A stretch of 64,000 nucleotides of DNA, taken from Candidatus Bathyarchaeota archaeon. GTDB taxonomy: Archaea > Thermoproteota > Bathyarchaeia > Bathyarchaeales > Bathycorpusculaceae. This document shows positions 10,039 through 19,988 of the stretch, piece after piece. Made by a program: the position numbers and the translations under genes. The notes beneath the pieces are model-generated. The model saw only the letters and a program-made list of their open reading frames with translations, did no database searches and was not told where the DNA came from. Location: assembly GCA_963707955.1 (NCBI GenBank), contig OY970176.1, positions 64,001 through 128,000 of the forward strand, written 5' to 3'. The first letter of the stretch is position 1. Every line of letters starts with the position of its first letter.

Positions 10039-10602
10039 ATGGACAGACCAATCAAGATTCTGGGTTTTGCGGGGAGCTTGCGAAAAGATTCGTACAATAA
10101 AGCACTGCTACGTGCCGCTGTTGAACTGGCACCAAAGAGTGCTGTGATTGAGACCTTCGACCTTGAAGGTATTCCGCTGTTCAATCAGGACTTGGAGACT
10201 CAACTGCCACAGAAGGTCAAGGACTTCAAGGCCAAGATCAGAGCCGCAGATGCAATACTGATCGTCACTCCCGAATACAACTATTCTATTCCCGGCGTTC
10301 TCAAGAACGCGATCGACTGGGCTTCAAGACCATATCCAGACAACGCGTTTGAAGGTAAACCCGTGGCCGTTATGGGAGCATCGATAGGCATGCTGGGCAC
10401 AGCGAGGGCACAGTATCACCTGCGCCAATGCTTCGTTTTCCTCAACATGCATCCAATCAACGTTCCCGAAGTCTTCCTAGCCTACGCACAGGAAAAGTTT
10501 GATGAAAACGGCGGGTTGAAAGACGAAAACACCAAGAAACTTATAGTTAAGACGCTTGAAAACCTGACCTCTTGGACTCTGAGATTGAGAAAAGATGAGT
10601 GA
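10039..10602 (+). CDS. NADPH-dependent FMN reductase
   Basis: GSLRKDSYN, TPEYNYSIPGVLKNAIDWASR motifs. Confidence 0.93.
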   Translation: MDRPIKILGFAGSLRKDSYNKALLRAAVELAPKSAVIETFDLEGIPLFNQDLETQLPQKVKDFKAKIRAADAILIVTPEYNYSIPGVLKNAIDWASRPYPDNAFEGKPVAVMGASIGMLGTARAQYHLRQCFVFLNMHPINVPEVFLAYAQEKFDENGGLKDENTKKLIVKTLENLTSWTLRLRKDE

Positions 10603-10873
10603 GTTCCACCTACAAGAAGGTTCGTAGGCGGTTTATCGCAAATCCAACGCGAATCGCCCGCATTCGCCAACAGGGCAAAGTCTGCTGCTTCTATAGAACA
10701 GAGAAGGCAGCAGTGTTATCGATCGATAAGCACGGCCTAGATCGTAGCTATGACCTGGAAAAGCGGCGCTGGTCTGGGGCTTGGTTGCAAAGCTCTTGTT
10801 CAAGTATGAAACATACGCAAAGTTCCTTAGCATGCGCTTCCATTTTGAAGCTTTAAAAAAAAAAAGAGGGAGA

Positions 10874-11500
10874 CTAAGCGAAGATGGCCCATATGCTCAC
10901 TGTCCAACTGCCTGTCGACGCTGAGAGCGCTGCGTCATTGAACTGAACTGTTACTGCTGAACTGTCGTAGTAACCAACGTTTGCCGTGAACGCGTCTGAA
11001 TAGCCTATTAGGGAATTTTCAGTCTCATTGTAGGCAAGGTTAACGGTTTTGCCGCGGAAAGTCAATGTAACCATGTCTGGAGTCAGCTGGTTAAAAGCGC
11101 TATAATTGAACGGAAGCACACCCACAACTGGCGTAGAAACGGGACCTGATACGTTGTTTGTTGGCACCAATGGATACGGTAGGTAGATCCACTCTTGTTG
11201 TGAAATATCAAAGACTATTTTGATCGTATAGGACTCTGCCGGGTTCAGGTTCTCTGTCACAACATGGAATGTGTATGGAACGCCCGAAAAGATTTCGCTG
11301 GGTATGTCGCCAACTTTGGTGAGCCTTATTGGAGAATTCAAGCTTGTGTAACTGTCTAACTCGTTGCTTGCACGTTGCCCAGAAAGAACGGCAGAAGCGA
11401 CGAAGACTACTCCGATCAGCGCCAGTGTCGTCAGCGCAGCTACAATGGCTATCCTCTCTTTCCTCATAGAGTCATCAAAGATAAATCGGAGTGCAGACAC
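10874..11500 (-). CDS. Hypothetical membrane-anchored/secreted protein
   Basis: N-terminal TM helix followed by an S/T/N-rich beta domain. Confidence 0.7.
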   Translation of the reverse strand: MSALRFIFDDSMRKERIAIVAALTTLALIGVVFVASAVLSGQRASNELDSYTSLNSPIRLTKVGDIPSEIFSGVPYTFHVVTENLNPAESYTIKIVFDISQQEWIYLPYPLVPTNNVSGPVSTPVVGVLPFNYSAFNQLTPDMVTLTFRGKTVNLAYNETENSLIGYSDAFTANVGYYDSSAVTVQFNDAALSASTGSWTVSIWAIFA

Positions 11501-11504
11501 TTAA

Positions 11505-11570
11505 TGCCAAGCATTAGTACATTTGATACCAAGCACTGGTACATTTAGTACCAAGCATTGGTACACGACA
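11505..11570. repeat. Three tandem 22-bp repeats containing the palindrome GTACCAAGCATTGGTAC
   Basis: TGCCAAGCATTAGTACATTTGA / TACCAAGCACTGGTACATTTAG / TACCAAGCATTGGTACACGACA. Confidence 0.85.
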
Positions 11571-11726
11571 GCACATGCTAGTTCTATGTTTTTTAACACT
11601 GTGATTTTCTCAAGCTAACCATTCCAAAACTGCTTACGGGATCTAGACCGATATTGGCGGACACACATTAGGAAAAACCTCTGAGAGTTAGCAGGTTTTT
11701 TAAGACCGCAAGAATTAACAGAACCG

Positions 11727-11775
11727 TTTTGGGGTAAAGTTTTATCCCCAAACCCAAACCCCAAACACACACAAA
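11727..11775. repeat. Palindromic motif GGGGTAAAGTTTTATCCCC followed by (CCCAAA)n and (CA)n; copy 1 of 4
   Basis: Read directly; related copies at 14771, 18411 and 20827. Confidence 0.8.
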
Positions 11776-11815
11776 AATTATTAGCTTTACAATACAAGCC
11801 TTGTAGGGGGTTGAT

Positions 11816-12451
11816 GTGTCATTCAACGTCCTAGGCATGATTGAAGATAAACGAGCGGTTAAGCCCTCACGATGGAACAGGGTCTTCCGCATAAGCCTCA
11901 AGCAACTTCTCGTCCTGATTCTTGTCATTGTTGCGGCTTTAGCCTCATTTGGTTGGGCTTCCGATAGAATTGAAACTCACAAACGTTGGGCATCGATGGT
12001 CGAGACATCACAGGAATTTGGTATTGTTTTCTCTGAGGTATACGTCCGTCTTCCTAGCATCACGGAAAACGCAACGACTGACCCCACACATTTCTGGTTT
12101 ACGAACGAGTTGGATTTTGCAAGTTGGACACTTAGCCAATTGGTTAAGGTTGACGAGGCACATGAGAGTGAACTCTATTGGATAGAAGATTTGATCGTTA
12201 CCTTACGTGACGCGAGCATAAATGGAGTACTGTTGAACGACTCCCAGTTTTGGAATTTGAGTAACGGTATTAAACTTATTGCAATTGAGCTTCCTGAAGC
12301 ATACTGGAATCCTCTCAACACCACGAGTGTAAACAGCGAGACTGGACCTCCCTTCTGGTATTTCGGGCCCTCACCACCTGACGAAACTATGTTGCAAACA
12401 GTAGCAACCCTCGCCATGCAACTAACAGAAACTATCCCAAAATCGACTTAG
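11816..12451 (+). CDS. Hypothetical single-TM protein
   Basis: 211 aa ORF with N-terminal hydrophobic helix; stop codon overlaps GCGCGCGC. Confidence 0.7.
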   Translation: MSFNVLGMIEDKRAVKPSRWNRVFRISLKQLLVLILVIVAALASFGWASDRIETHKRWASMVETSQEFGIVFSEVYVRLPSITENATTDPTHFWFTNELDFASWTLSQLVKVDEAHESELYWIEDLIVTLRDASINGVLLNDSQFWNLSNGIKLIAIELPEAYWNPLNTTSVNSETGPPFWYFGPSPPDETMLQTVATLAMQLTETIPKST

Positions 12452-12619
12452 CGCGCGCACGGTGAAATTCGAGGCGGAAACATTTATTTTCTAATATCCA
12501 TATAAATCGACTTCAGCGTCGTCAGTTTCACTCTCATGTACCAAACCCAAGGGATTAACGCACGCGCCCAATAACACCCATGGTTATGAACAGAAGTCCT
12601 GAATCAATGTCGCCAACCG

Positions 12620-13036
12620 TCAAACTACTGCTGCGTTTATTGGTATCGGTTGGCCAGCATATAATGTCCAATATGGCTCCGTTGATGGTGGCATGGTAAA
12701 TTTAGTGTAGTTAGTCGGTATCGTACTGTACATCTCTCCGTATATCACGGTACTACCTTCTTTGGGGAGTGGTGGGATGAAAGTAACACTGTTCGAAGGG
12801 AGTGTTTCGTTGGGAGTTAGCAGCCAATATGTTGTTGAAAAACTTCCATTGGCAAATCGAACTTCAAAATGACCGTAGGGCGTTGGTCTGTCGCTGTATG
12901 TGTTTCCGTCTATGACGATTGTATATGGTAGAGAAGATACGTGTTGCAATCTGATGACGTAGAAAATTCCAGCCAATACTGAGGAAGCAATTATGACCAG
13001 AACGAGAAAGGCAACCCGTATTTTCGTTATTTTCAA
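12620..13036 (-). CDS. Hypothetical single-TM protein
   Basis: 138 aa ORF with N-terminal TM and P/T/Y-rich ectodomain. Confidence 0.65.
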   Translation of the reverse strand: MKITKIRVAFLVLVIIASSVLAGIFYVIRLQHVSSLPYTIVIDGNTYSDRPTPYGHFEVRFANGSFSTTYWLLTPNETLPSNSVTFIPPLPKEGSTVIYGEMYSTIPTNYTKFTMPPSTEPYWTLYAGQPIPINAAVV

Positions 13037-13168
13037 GGTTTCCCCTATTCTTTGATAGTAGAGAGTGGGAATTTAAGATTTCTGTCTTTGTCTTTTGGTG
13101 AAAGACCGGTTATTGGGAAGAGACAAAGGCTAACGCTAATCAATGATTGAATAGTTAAACATAGTCAT

Positions 13169-13369
13169 TCATGTAACAGATACGATTCTAGGAACCCAAT
13201 TTCTTTTTTCATTCCTCAAATATTGAGCAAACAGCAAAGCCTCTTCATTGATTAACGTCTCAATTTCCTGACGCTTACCACTTCTGATTCTGGGAACAGA
13301 AACTCAACTCATAAAAAATCGATCTAAACCTTTGACCAGACTGCGAGTTAGAAAGTCATTCAAGTATTC
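13169..13369 (-). pseudogene. cas1-like 3' remnant (solo Cas1/casposase type), internal stop
   Basis: Translates EYLNDFLTRSLVKGLDRFFMS*VSVPRIRSGKRQEIETLINEEALLFAQYLRNEKRNWVPRIVSVT*; fits the Cas1 C-terminal helices; paralogous piece at 16699. Confidence 0.65.
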
Positions 13370-13429
13370 TCAAGGGAAACATATAAACGATTACTCGTCT
13401 TATGCAAGGAAAAGGGCGGTTCTCCCTGC

Positions 13430-14254
13430 ATGAAATGTGAAGTGTGTGGCCAAGAAATATTCCTACCGTTCCGATGCCCATACTGCAACGGGCAATTCTG
13501 CGAAGCTCATCGTTTGCCAGAAAACCATAATTGTCCAAATATACATCTTGCCCGCGCACCGAAACAGGAAGGAGACGTTGTTGTTTCGAGACCGGCAACG
13601 TCGGCCACGTATGATTACAGAATTACTCTTGGACCACCTCGACAACATAAAGGACGAGTTTATTTCAGCCCGAAAGAAGTTAAGCATTTGGCCATAGCTG
13701 CGTTGCTCGTCATCGCTGTCGGGATGCTGTCCGTTCTCTACGGCAGCATTATACCTGGGCCTAATTTGACCATCTCCGTCGTCGCTTTCACCATCATCCT
13801 GACCATGTCTTTTTTCATCCATGAAATGGCACATAAAATAACCGCTCAGAGAAGGGGTCTCTGGTCAGAATTCAGGTTGACACTCTGGGGCTCCGTTGTG
13901 ACTCTAATCTTTGCGTTTCTGCCGATCAAATTTATTTCTCCGGGCGCCGTGATGATCGCCGGAGCCGCTGATAGCAAAGAAATAGGAGAAATATCCATAG
14001 CTGGACCCATCGTCAACATCGTCTTGTCAATGCTGTTCCTCGGCACAGCATTCGTATCACGCTCCTATTCCTCAATCTTCATCTTCAGCAGCTTCTTCAA
14101 TGCGTACATAGCCGGATTTAACCTCTTACCAGTCGGAATTTTCGACGGACACAAAATATTCAACTGGAGCAAAATGATCTGGGTCTGCGCCTTCGCCATA
14201 AGCGCAGCCTTAACGGCAATCGGCTACATAATGTACTTACCTTACCTGCAGTGA
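13430..14254 (+). CDS. AN1 zinc finger + M50 site-2 metalloprotease
   Basis: CxxC...CPYC...FCEAHRLPENHNC; HEMAH; FNLLPxxxFDG. Confidence 0.9.
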   Translation: MKCEVCGQEIFLPFRCPYCNGQFCEAHRLPENHNCPNIHLARAPKQEGDVVVSRPATSATYDYRITLGPPRQHKGRVYFSPKEVKHLAIAALLVIAVGMLSVLYGSIIPGPNLTISVVAFTIILTMSFFIHEMAHKITAQRRGLWSEFRLTLWGSVVTLIFAFLPIKFISPGAVMIAGAADSKEIGEISIAGPIVNIVLSMLFLGTAFVSRSYSSIFIFSSFFNAYIAGFNLLPVGIFDGHKIFNWSKMIWVCAFAISAALTAIGYIMYLPYLQ

Positions 14255-14534
14255 AAGACTTAAAAAGCTGGCAGCGCGACGTCCCCAGCTAGCACGAAGG
14301 CTTCCGGAAACGATGTATTTCAGTCGTTCTCCAGTTTTGATCTCGCATGTGCTGTCCACGCTGAACGCGCGCATGAGGGATGACGCATTCCTCCGAGCCA
14401 CAACATTACTTTAACTCCACTCTCTCCACTTTTCCAGAACGTCGCATTGACAAACGCCTTTTAACTCTGAAACTCGACGTTTCAACCGTAGCAAATCTTT
14501 CCTTCACCAGGCGAACCTGATGTCTAATGACTGC

Positions 14535-14693
14535 TTGACCAAACCATGCAACCTGTGCGGCAACCGCATTCAAGGCGCCAACTACCATTGCCCAACGTGC
14601 AAGATCTGCATCTGCTTCGGCTGCGGACTGAAAATGGTCAACAAAGAAAACTACCCCCTAAGATGCCCAAGGTGCGGCGCAAAACTAGAGTAA
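14535..14693 (+). CDS. Small Cys-rich zinc-finger protein (52 aa, below the ORF track cutoff)
   Basis: MTKPCNLCGNRIQGANYHCPTCKICICFGCGLKMVNKENYPLRCPRCGAKLE; four CxxC pairs. Confidence 0.7.
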   Translation: MTKPCNLCGNRIQGANYHCPTCKICICFGCGLKMVNKENYPLRCPRCGAKLE

Positions 14694-14750
14694 CAAGCTG
14701 TCAAGGTCATTTCCTCAACACGCTATCAGCGATCGCTAGATTGACAAACA

Positions 14751-14790
14751 CCGTTTTTTGGTGGTTTGTTGGGGTAAAGTTGTATCTTTC
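14751..14790. repeat. GGGGTAAAGTTGTATC motif preceded by a G/T-rich tract; copy 2 of 4
   Basis: CCGTTTTTTGGTGGTTTGTTGGGGTAAAGTTGTATC resembles 11724-11746. Confidence 0.6.
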
Positions 14791-15320
14791 TCTTTTCACG
14801 AGAGCGAACTTATTCTCCAGCGCATCGTTGCTTAGCCAAAGAATTGAAGATCTGTTAGGGCCCTGAGCTGGAAATAGAAGTTACAGATGCACTGAAGAAG
14901 AGGGCCATCTTGCTGACCAAGATCACGGAAGTCATCCCGGAAGGTTTCGGAGTAGCAAAGAAGCGCGCGCAAAACAACTTGCTATACTTTACCATTCAAC
15001 ATAGGCAGAAGGGAGTCATTTTCTAATAATTGTCACGAAACAGTCGTAGAAAAGAAATTTTTTTGACGATTTGTTACGCACGCGCGGTATCGGTTTTAGC
15101 TTCTCTCATAAACGACTGCAATACTGTGATTTACGGATTCGGTTTCTGGCTCACGCTTCTTTCAGTACTTCCGTTGTCGGTAGCAGCAGTCATCAGCGTC
15201 ATTGAAGCTCCAACGGGCTCCTGCCTGCTTAGGTTTTCTTGGGCAGCGTCTAAGGCCAATGTGAAAGCTCTGTCGTTAGCACTGACTTATTGAATTGTAT
15301 CTGAAAGGTTGGTTGGTCCT

Positions 15321-16391
15321 CTATTTCAGCTGGTTTTTCTTTCTCTTGAGGAGGGCGGTTGCGAGCAGTGTTGCGGCGAAGGGTATTGCTAGGATTGCGG
15401 TTGATGGAAACTCTGGAACTGTTGGGGTCTGATAATTCTGTAGCATGGGGTTTCCTTGTTGTGACTGGTACACGGAAGCTGGAATTGAGCCTGAACCTGA
15501 AGCTGCTGTCGCTGTTCCTCCTTCTTCCGGTAGGGCACTGACGCCGAGGGGCACGACCCAGTAGTTAGGTTGCTGAACGCTTAGGGTGATGGAAGTATTG
15601 TTTTCTGGAGGGATCACAAATGCTGATCCGGCTAGGCCGACGTATGTTGGTTGCCAGTAGACTGTGACGTTGACTTGTTCGCCGGCGACTGTGACTTGGA
15701 CGGTTGTCATGTTGCTCGGTAGGTTGACGTATATCCAATCCCATGCGTTGATTTGAACGGGAGCTTGAGGTGTAATAAGCGTGGCTGAACCGTCAGCTTG
15801 GGTCGATGTCCAAAGTTGGAGGTTTTCTCCGTAGTCCCAGTAGTACCAGGATCCCAGTATGGAGGCGGAAACTGAGGCGCCCTCAGCTGCGGTGCCATTG
15901 GCATAAGTGACTTCTACGGTTATTGTGGTTTCGGGAAACGATGTGACGTTTTGCGTTTGGATCGTGAATGCTGTTGAGCCGGATATCTGGTCGTTCGAGT
16001 AGCCGTATTCTGTGACAGGCGTTGCGTAGTATGGCATCGTGTAGACGCCTTGGATGGCATTTGATGTCTGATATGCGTCATAGTAGGCTGTTGCGGTGAA
16101 AACGTATTGTCCGTCGGGCAGTTCGAAGGAGGCTGCCGCATATTGGGTTTGGCATGAGGCAAGCAGGTAGCCGCTCATGTTAAAGGCTGAGACGGTGAAG
16201 CTGTAGGGAAGGTTGTTCTGAGTCTGGATGGTTATGCGAACGTTGCTATATGAAGCTGCTCGAGTAAGCGGCAGTGAGCACAACACGATTGCTGTGAGAC
16301 TCAAGATCAAGAAGGCGGCTGAAAAATAAAGGAATGCCTTTGGTTTGTTCACGGAATTCTCTCCGTCAATATCAACCAGAACCTTGCACAC
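15321..16391 (-). CDS. Secreted surface protein with PEF-CTERM-like sorting signal
   Basis: Signal/TM N-terminus, T/S/Y-rich body, C-terminal VPEFP + hydrophobic helix + KRKK. Confidence 0.8.
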   Translation of the reverse strand: MCKVLVDIDGENSVNKPKAFLYFSAAFLILSLTAIVLCSLPLTRAASYSNVRITIQTQNNLPYSFTVSAFNMSGYLLASCQTQYAAASFELPDGQYVFTATAYYDAYQTSNAIQGVYTMPYYATPVTEYGYSNDQISGSTAFTIQTQNVTSFPETTITVEVTYANGTAAEGASVSASILGSWYYWDYGENLQLWTSTQADGSATLITPQAPVQINAWDWIYVNLPSNMTTVQVTVAGEQVNVTVYWQPTYVGLAGSAFVIPPENNTSITLSVQQPNYWVVPLGVSALPEEGGTATAASGSGSIPASVYQSQQGNPMLQNYQTPTVPEFPSTAILAIPFAATLLATALLKRKKNQLK

Positions 16392-16698
16392 ATATAAACA
16401 TCGTGCGCGCGCTAGATTTCTGTGTAATGTGGTTTAGAGTGGAAAGAGAGACTGGATTTAGTAGTAGTATGTTATTGTTGTGACTTACATCTCATTTAAT
16501 TATCGATAAGTATAATTGGCTCTACTCTTATCGTCCAAGAAGCAAGGGCAGTACCGTTATAGTAACAGTTCAAGTCTACACTTGTCGAAGATTGACCGTC
16601 AATCCCCCAAAGTGTGCTATTTGCTATTTGGTGTTACCTCTGTATCTACAGCTAAAGAGCCCTCATTATGATAAGCTTCCACATGAAAGAAAGCATAT

Positions 16699-16825
16699 GT
16701 TTCAAGGGTGAGGATGGGTAAGCGTCAGGAAATTGAAACTCGGATTAACGAAGAAGCCCTATTATTTGCTCAATACCTGAGAGATGAAAAAAACTTGGAT
16801 TCCCATAGTTGTCAATTTGAATTAA
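16699..16825 (+). pseudogene. Second cas1-like 3' remnant, frameshifted in an A-run
   Basis: VSRVRMGKRQEIETRINEEALLFAQYLRDEK/TWIPIVVNLN*; shares GGTAAGCGTCAGGAAATTGA exactly with the 13169-13369 copy. Confidence 0.62.
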
Positions 16826-16880
16826 TCTACTTTCTGTATTGCGCGCGCTTTTATATCGTTGATAAGACAAGTTAAGACTT

Positions 16881-17447
16881 GTGACTCTGAAGATGAAAAC
16901 GGAATCTGCAATAGGCAGTATTCTTTCCGCAGCAGCGGGGCTTGTTCTGTTTTCTGCTTTCTTTCTTTCCTTTCTAATAACTGTAGGTACGTTTGGCGAG
17001 GAGTGGCGTACAGTACTTACACTTGAATCAACTGCTAATTCCTACACGCAATGGACGTGGCTTACTCTTGAATTGGGCATTTTGCCAATTGCGATAGGTC
17101 TAGTCTTATGTGCAATTGATTTCATGCTACACGAGAAAACTCGTACAAAAAGCCTAAACCAACTTCTACTCTGTGTCGCTGGTGGCATCTTCGCCGCTTG
17201 GGGGATCTACTATTTCCTTCGCGCATGTTCTAGTTATAACGTGGCAATTGGTTTAGCTGATCACTGGAACTTTGGCATCGGGGGGCAACCTAGGATAATA
17301 GCGTCACTTACGGTAATCGGGGAACTCAGGACAATCTATGCAGGATATAAGTTGGTCGGCATTCTTTGGCTCGTTCTGGGGATATTTCTTTCAGCAACTT
17401 CTGGTTACATTATGGCGCGGGCTCCAAATCACGTGGTTCGATCTTGA
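16881..17447 (+). CDS. Hypothetical 4-TM membrane protein
   Basis: Four hydrophobic segments. Confidence 0.7.
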   Translation: MTLKMKTESAIGSILSAAAGLVLFSAFFLSFLITVGTFGEEWRTVLTLESTANSYTQWTWLTLELGILPIAIGLVLCAIDFMLHEKTRTKSLNQLLLCVAGGIFAAWGIYYFLRACSSYNVAIGLADHWNFGIGGQPRIIASLTVIGELRTIYAGYKLVGILWLVLGIFLSATSGYIMARAPNHVVRS

Positions 17448-17673
17448 ACCAAGTCAGTTTTCGTTCAACTTTTGGCGTAGAATGCCTTTGGACAAGGCAA
17501 AGCAAAATCCTGCACTACAGGTAAGCTTTTCATCATCTAATCCCTTCGTCGTTTCAACAAGCATGGCAAGGTTTGCATTTTACAATTGTGTAGAACTCGA
17601 GACCTCTCACGTCTCGTTCGCCGACGCTTTCCCCAAATAATCAGGTGTTCAACCCGCTTATTTAATACTTCTT

Positions 17674-17761
17674 TATCTGTCTGCTTGTCTGTCTGTCTGC
17701 CTGTCGGTCTGGGTCTGTCAGAGAGAGGTATAGTAAAGGTAGAGGAAAAAAGTAGAAAGGT
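17674..17761. repeat. Low-complexity element A copy 1: (TCTG)n-GGGTCTGTCAGAGAGAG-ATAGTA...GTAGAAAGGT
   Basis: Aligns with 20705-20812. Confidence 0.85.
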
Positions 17762-17792
17762 AGCGCGCGCGTTAGATTTAGTTCTGCTGTCT

Positions 17793-18290
17793 CTAGACTT
17801 TTCCCATTTCAAGAAAGCGCTCACTGTCTTCATCAGTCTTGTCCAAAGTGCCTTCTGCTTCCCAATGAGTCCCCACAACCTTGCTGACGTATCCATCAAT
17901 AAAACAGTACACTACGAAGAGAATCATAGCTGTAGGCAAGTTCGCCGAATAGAAGATTATGATTACTGACGGGATGGACACCATTAAAAGCGCGATGAAC
18001 AGCACAAACCCATGAACCAGCAATTTTTTCCAGTGATCATCTACTGGGATGCTCCATATCTTCTCTATAAGAAAACTGTTGACAGCACCAAAAATGAAGA
18101 ACAAGACAAGAAAGCCGATTATCAACCCTATAATAGCACCGAAAACAATTAAGCCAACAAGCATCGGGCCCAAGACGATACCCATAGTCAATTCGAATAT
18201 GCTGAAAAGAAGACCGTGACCAAAATATCTTGGCAGCAGATGGCCCAGTGAGGATTCTTTCGAGTCTCTCGTTGTCCCTTTCCAACACAT
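17793..18290 (-). CDS. Hypothetical multi-TM membrane protein
   Basis: Four hydrophobic segments; start uncertain. Confidence 0.7.
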   Translation of the reverse strand: MCWKGTTRDSKESSLGHLLPRYFGHGLLFSIFELTMGIVLGPMLVGLIVFGAIIGLIIGFLVLFFIFGAVNSFLIEKIWSIPVDDHWKKLLVHGFVLFIALLMVSIPSVIIIFYSANLPTAMILFVVYCFIDGYVSKVVGTHWEAEGTLDKTDEDSERFLEMGKV

Positions 18291-18391
18291 TCCACCTGCC
18301 GACTGCTTTACTTTCAGCTCGTTTCCACACGCAAGCTTAAATATGACACGTCAAGCAAAGACTCCTTCAAGATTATGTATCAGCTCGATTA

Positions 18392-18563
18392 TTTTGGGTT
18401 TTGGGTTTTGGAGGTAAAGTTTTACCCAACCAACTACAACTCTACTACGGTCACCAACCTAACTCTGTGACCACTCACTCCTTCTCCTACATACCCTCCT
18501 ATATACCCTCACACACGCACGCACACGCACACGGAGTGAGTGAGAAGGATAAGCGTGCGCTAA
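18392..18563. repeat. Low-complexity element B copy 1: (TTTTGGG)n-GGTAAAGTTTTACCC-C/A-rich tract-(CACG)n
   Basis: Same architecture as 20811-20980; includes the 12-bp duplication CTCCTA(C/T)ATACC. Confidence 0.8.
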
Positions 18564-18624
18564 TCAGAGCAATGTCTTCAAAGCGCCAAAAGAGATTGTT
18601 TCTGAAATCTCTTCCACGAATCTG

Positions 18625-19026
18625 ATGTGCTCTGCATCAATCCAAGAATTTATGGAACGCTGGAAAACAACAGGCTTTCTCTCTCGGTTAATTCCGTTTA
18701 GCTTTAAACACAGCACAGCCACGCAGAACAGGATAGTGAACAACCTAGAAAACAAGGTTTCGGACACAATACGTAATCATCCATACGTGATTAACAAGAA
18801 TCCTTCACCTGTCAAAACTTCCCCTGTCCTTTTACATCAACTTTCCATTTATGGTGAGGCACTAGGAAAGGAAACGCGTGCCATGCCCTATCGAGCAGAC
18901 ATACAATTGCATACTCTCGCTGAAGCACTCGCGATAATTGAAAACTCCAACGAGCTAACGCAAGGGCACGTTGACAGAATCGTTAACCTGCTCCGCTATG
19001 TGAATTATGATTTCAACGATATTTGA
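18625..19026 (+). CDS. Hypothetical protein, possibly a C-terminal fragment of an AAA+/helicase-like MGE protein
   Basis: GFLSRLIPF resembles an arginine-finger segment followed by a helical lid; no Walker A present. Confidence 0.4.
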   Translation: MCSASIQEFMERWKTTGFLSRLIPFSFKHSTATQNRIVNNLENKVSDTIRNHPYVINKNPSPVKTSPVLLHQLSIYGEALGKETRAMPYRADIQLHTLAEALAIIENSNELTQGHVDRIVNLLRYVNYDFNDI

Positions 19027-19511
19027 GAGGTGAGAGAGTGACAAAAACTAAACGTGTTTCAAAACGACAAATCAGCGCAATCAGAAGTTACGCTCGCAAA
19101 GGCTACTCTGCAAACAAGATTCAACACAAACTGAGACAAAGACACATGGGAATGAGGCGCACAAAACTTCTGAGCTACGTGAGGAAATACAAGCACAAAC
19201 AACCAAAAGCTCACCCTGAAAAACACATACGCAAAAAATACAGAAAATCAACATACCAAGCAAGACCAACTGGAAAACCAGCAATAGGACTGTTTCAGAA
19301 ACAGATTGCTTGCTACGGTTCAGAGCATGGAAAATCTAAAAGGATACAGATGAGTGGAAGCGGAAGACAACTGTATCAAGCCATGCAGATAGTTTCTAAG
19401 CATCCGCCCAAAAAACAGTTTCTAACCGTAAGTCCTGAGGCTTTGTTAGAAGACCCAGAAGAATATCTTGAAAGGGGACACTGGGATGCTAGGCCAAAAG
19501 TTGAAAGTTAA
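19023..19511 (+). CDS. Highly basic putative nucleic-acid-binding protein
   Basis: K/R-rich; GYSANKIQHKLR helix-turn-helix-like segment. Confidence 0.6.
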   Translation: MRGERVTKTKRVSKRQISAIRSYARKGYSANKIQHKLRQRHMGMRRTKLLSYVRKYKHKQPKAHPEKHIRKKYRKSTYQARPTGKPAIGLFQKQIACYGSEHGKSKRIQMSGSGRQLYQAMQIVSKHPPKKQFLTVSPEALLEDPEEYLERGHWDARPKVES

Positions 19512-19986
19512 TACTTCTCTGGTCTGGGGAGACTGGGACACAGAAACCATTAGGTTAGACTGGGATGACGCCCCTTCATTAGACGAAGTAAAACTCTGGT
19601 CTTACAGAGCAACCTTCTTTTTCAAACTGGAAGGATTCATAATCTCGGAATCAAGCCACAAAAACTATGTTGTGACACAGAAAAGAAAAATCTTTTTCAA
19701 ACTCAGAAAGGCAAGTTATCATGTAGTTTTTAATCGCCCAGTCGATTGGAGCTTAAACGTTCACGTTATGAACTGGGTTGCCTTGGAAAGCGGAAACGAG
19801 AACTTGCAGAAATATGTTAGGATGCAGTGCATCAAGGAAACTTCAACCGTGAGGATGTCAAGGAAGGGTAAGAAACCTATTCCAAAAATTATCTTCAGCT
19901 ATGGTCTGCAAGACAAGATGATTAAGAAGTATCTGGGAAATCGCAGTTTCATACTCAATTTTCTCAGGAAGGAAAGGAGGCGATAA
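19468..19986 (+). CDS. Small AEP (primase-polymerase)-like protein
   Basis: IRLDWDD (motif I DxD) and SESS...SYHVVF (motif II His) in AEP-like order. Confidence 0.5.
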   Translation: MKGDTGMLGQKLKVNTSLVWGDWDTETIRLDWDDAPSLDEVKLWSYRATFFFKLEGFIISESSHKNYVVTQKRKIFFKLRKASYHVVFNRPVDWSLNVHVMNWVALESGNENLQKYVRMQCIKETSTVRMSRKGKKPIPKIIFSYGLQDKMIKKYLGNRSFILNFLRKERRR

Positions 19987-19988
19987 CA

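Noticed and set aside
13304-13306. In-frame TGA as selenocysteine or readthrough
   Set aside because: It lies in a 5'-truncated fragment; no SECIS-like element was noticed; decay is the simpler explanation.
17537-18625. ORFs 17537-17899, 17586-17969 and 18401-18625
   Set aside because: They are translations of microsatellite DNA (LSVCLSVC, HTHAHAH) and overlap a better-supported gene or the repeat elements.
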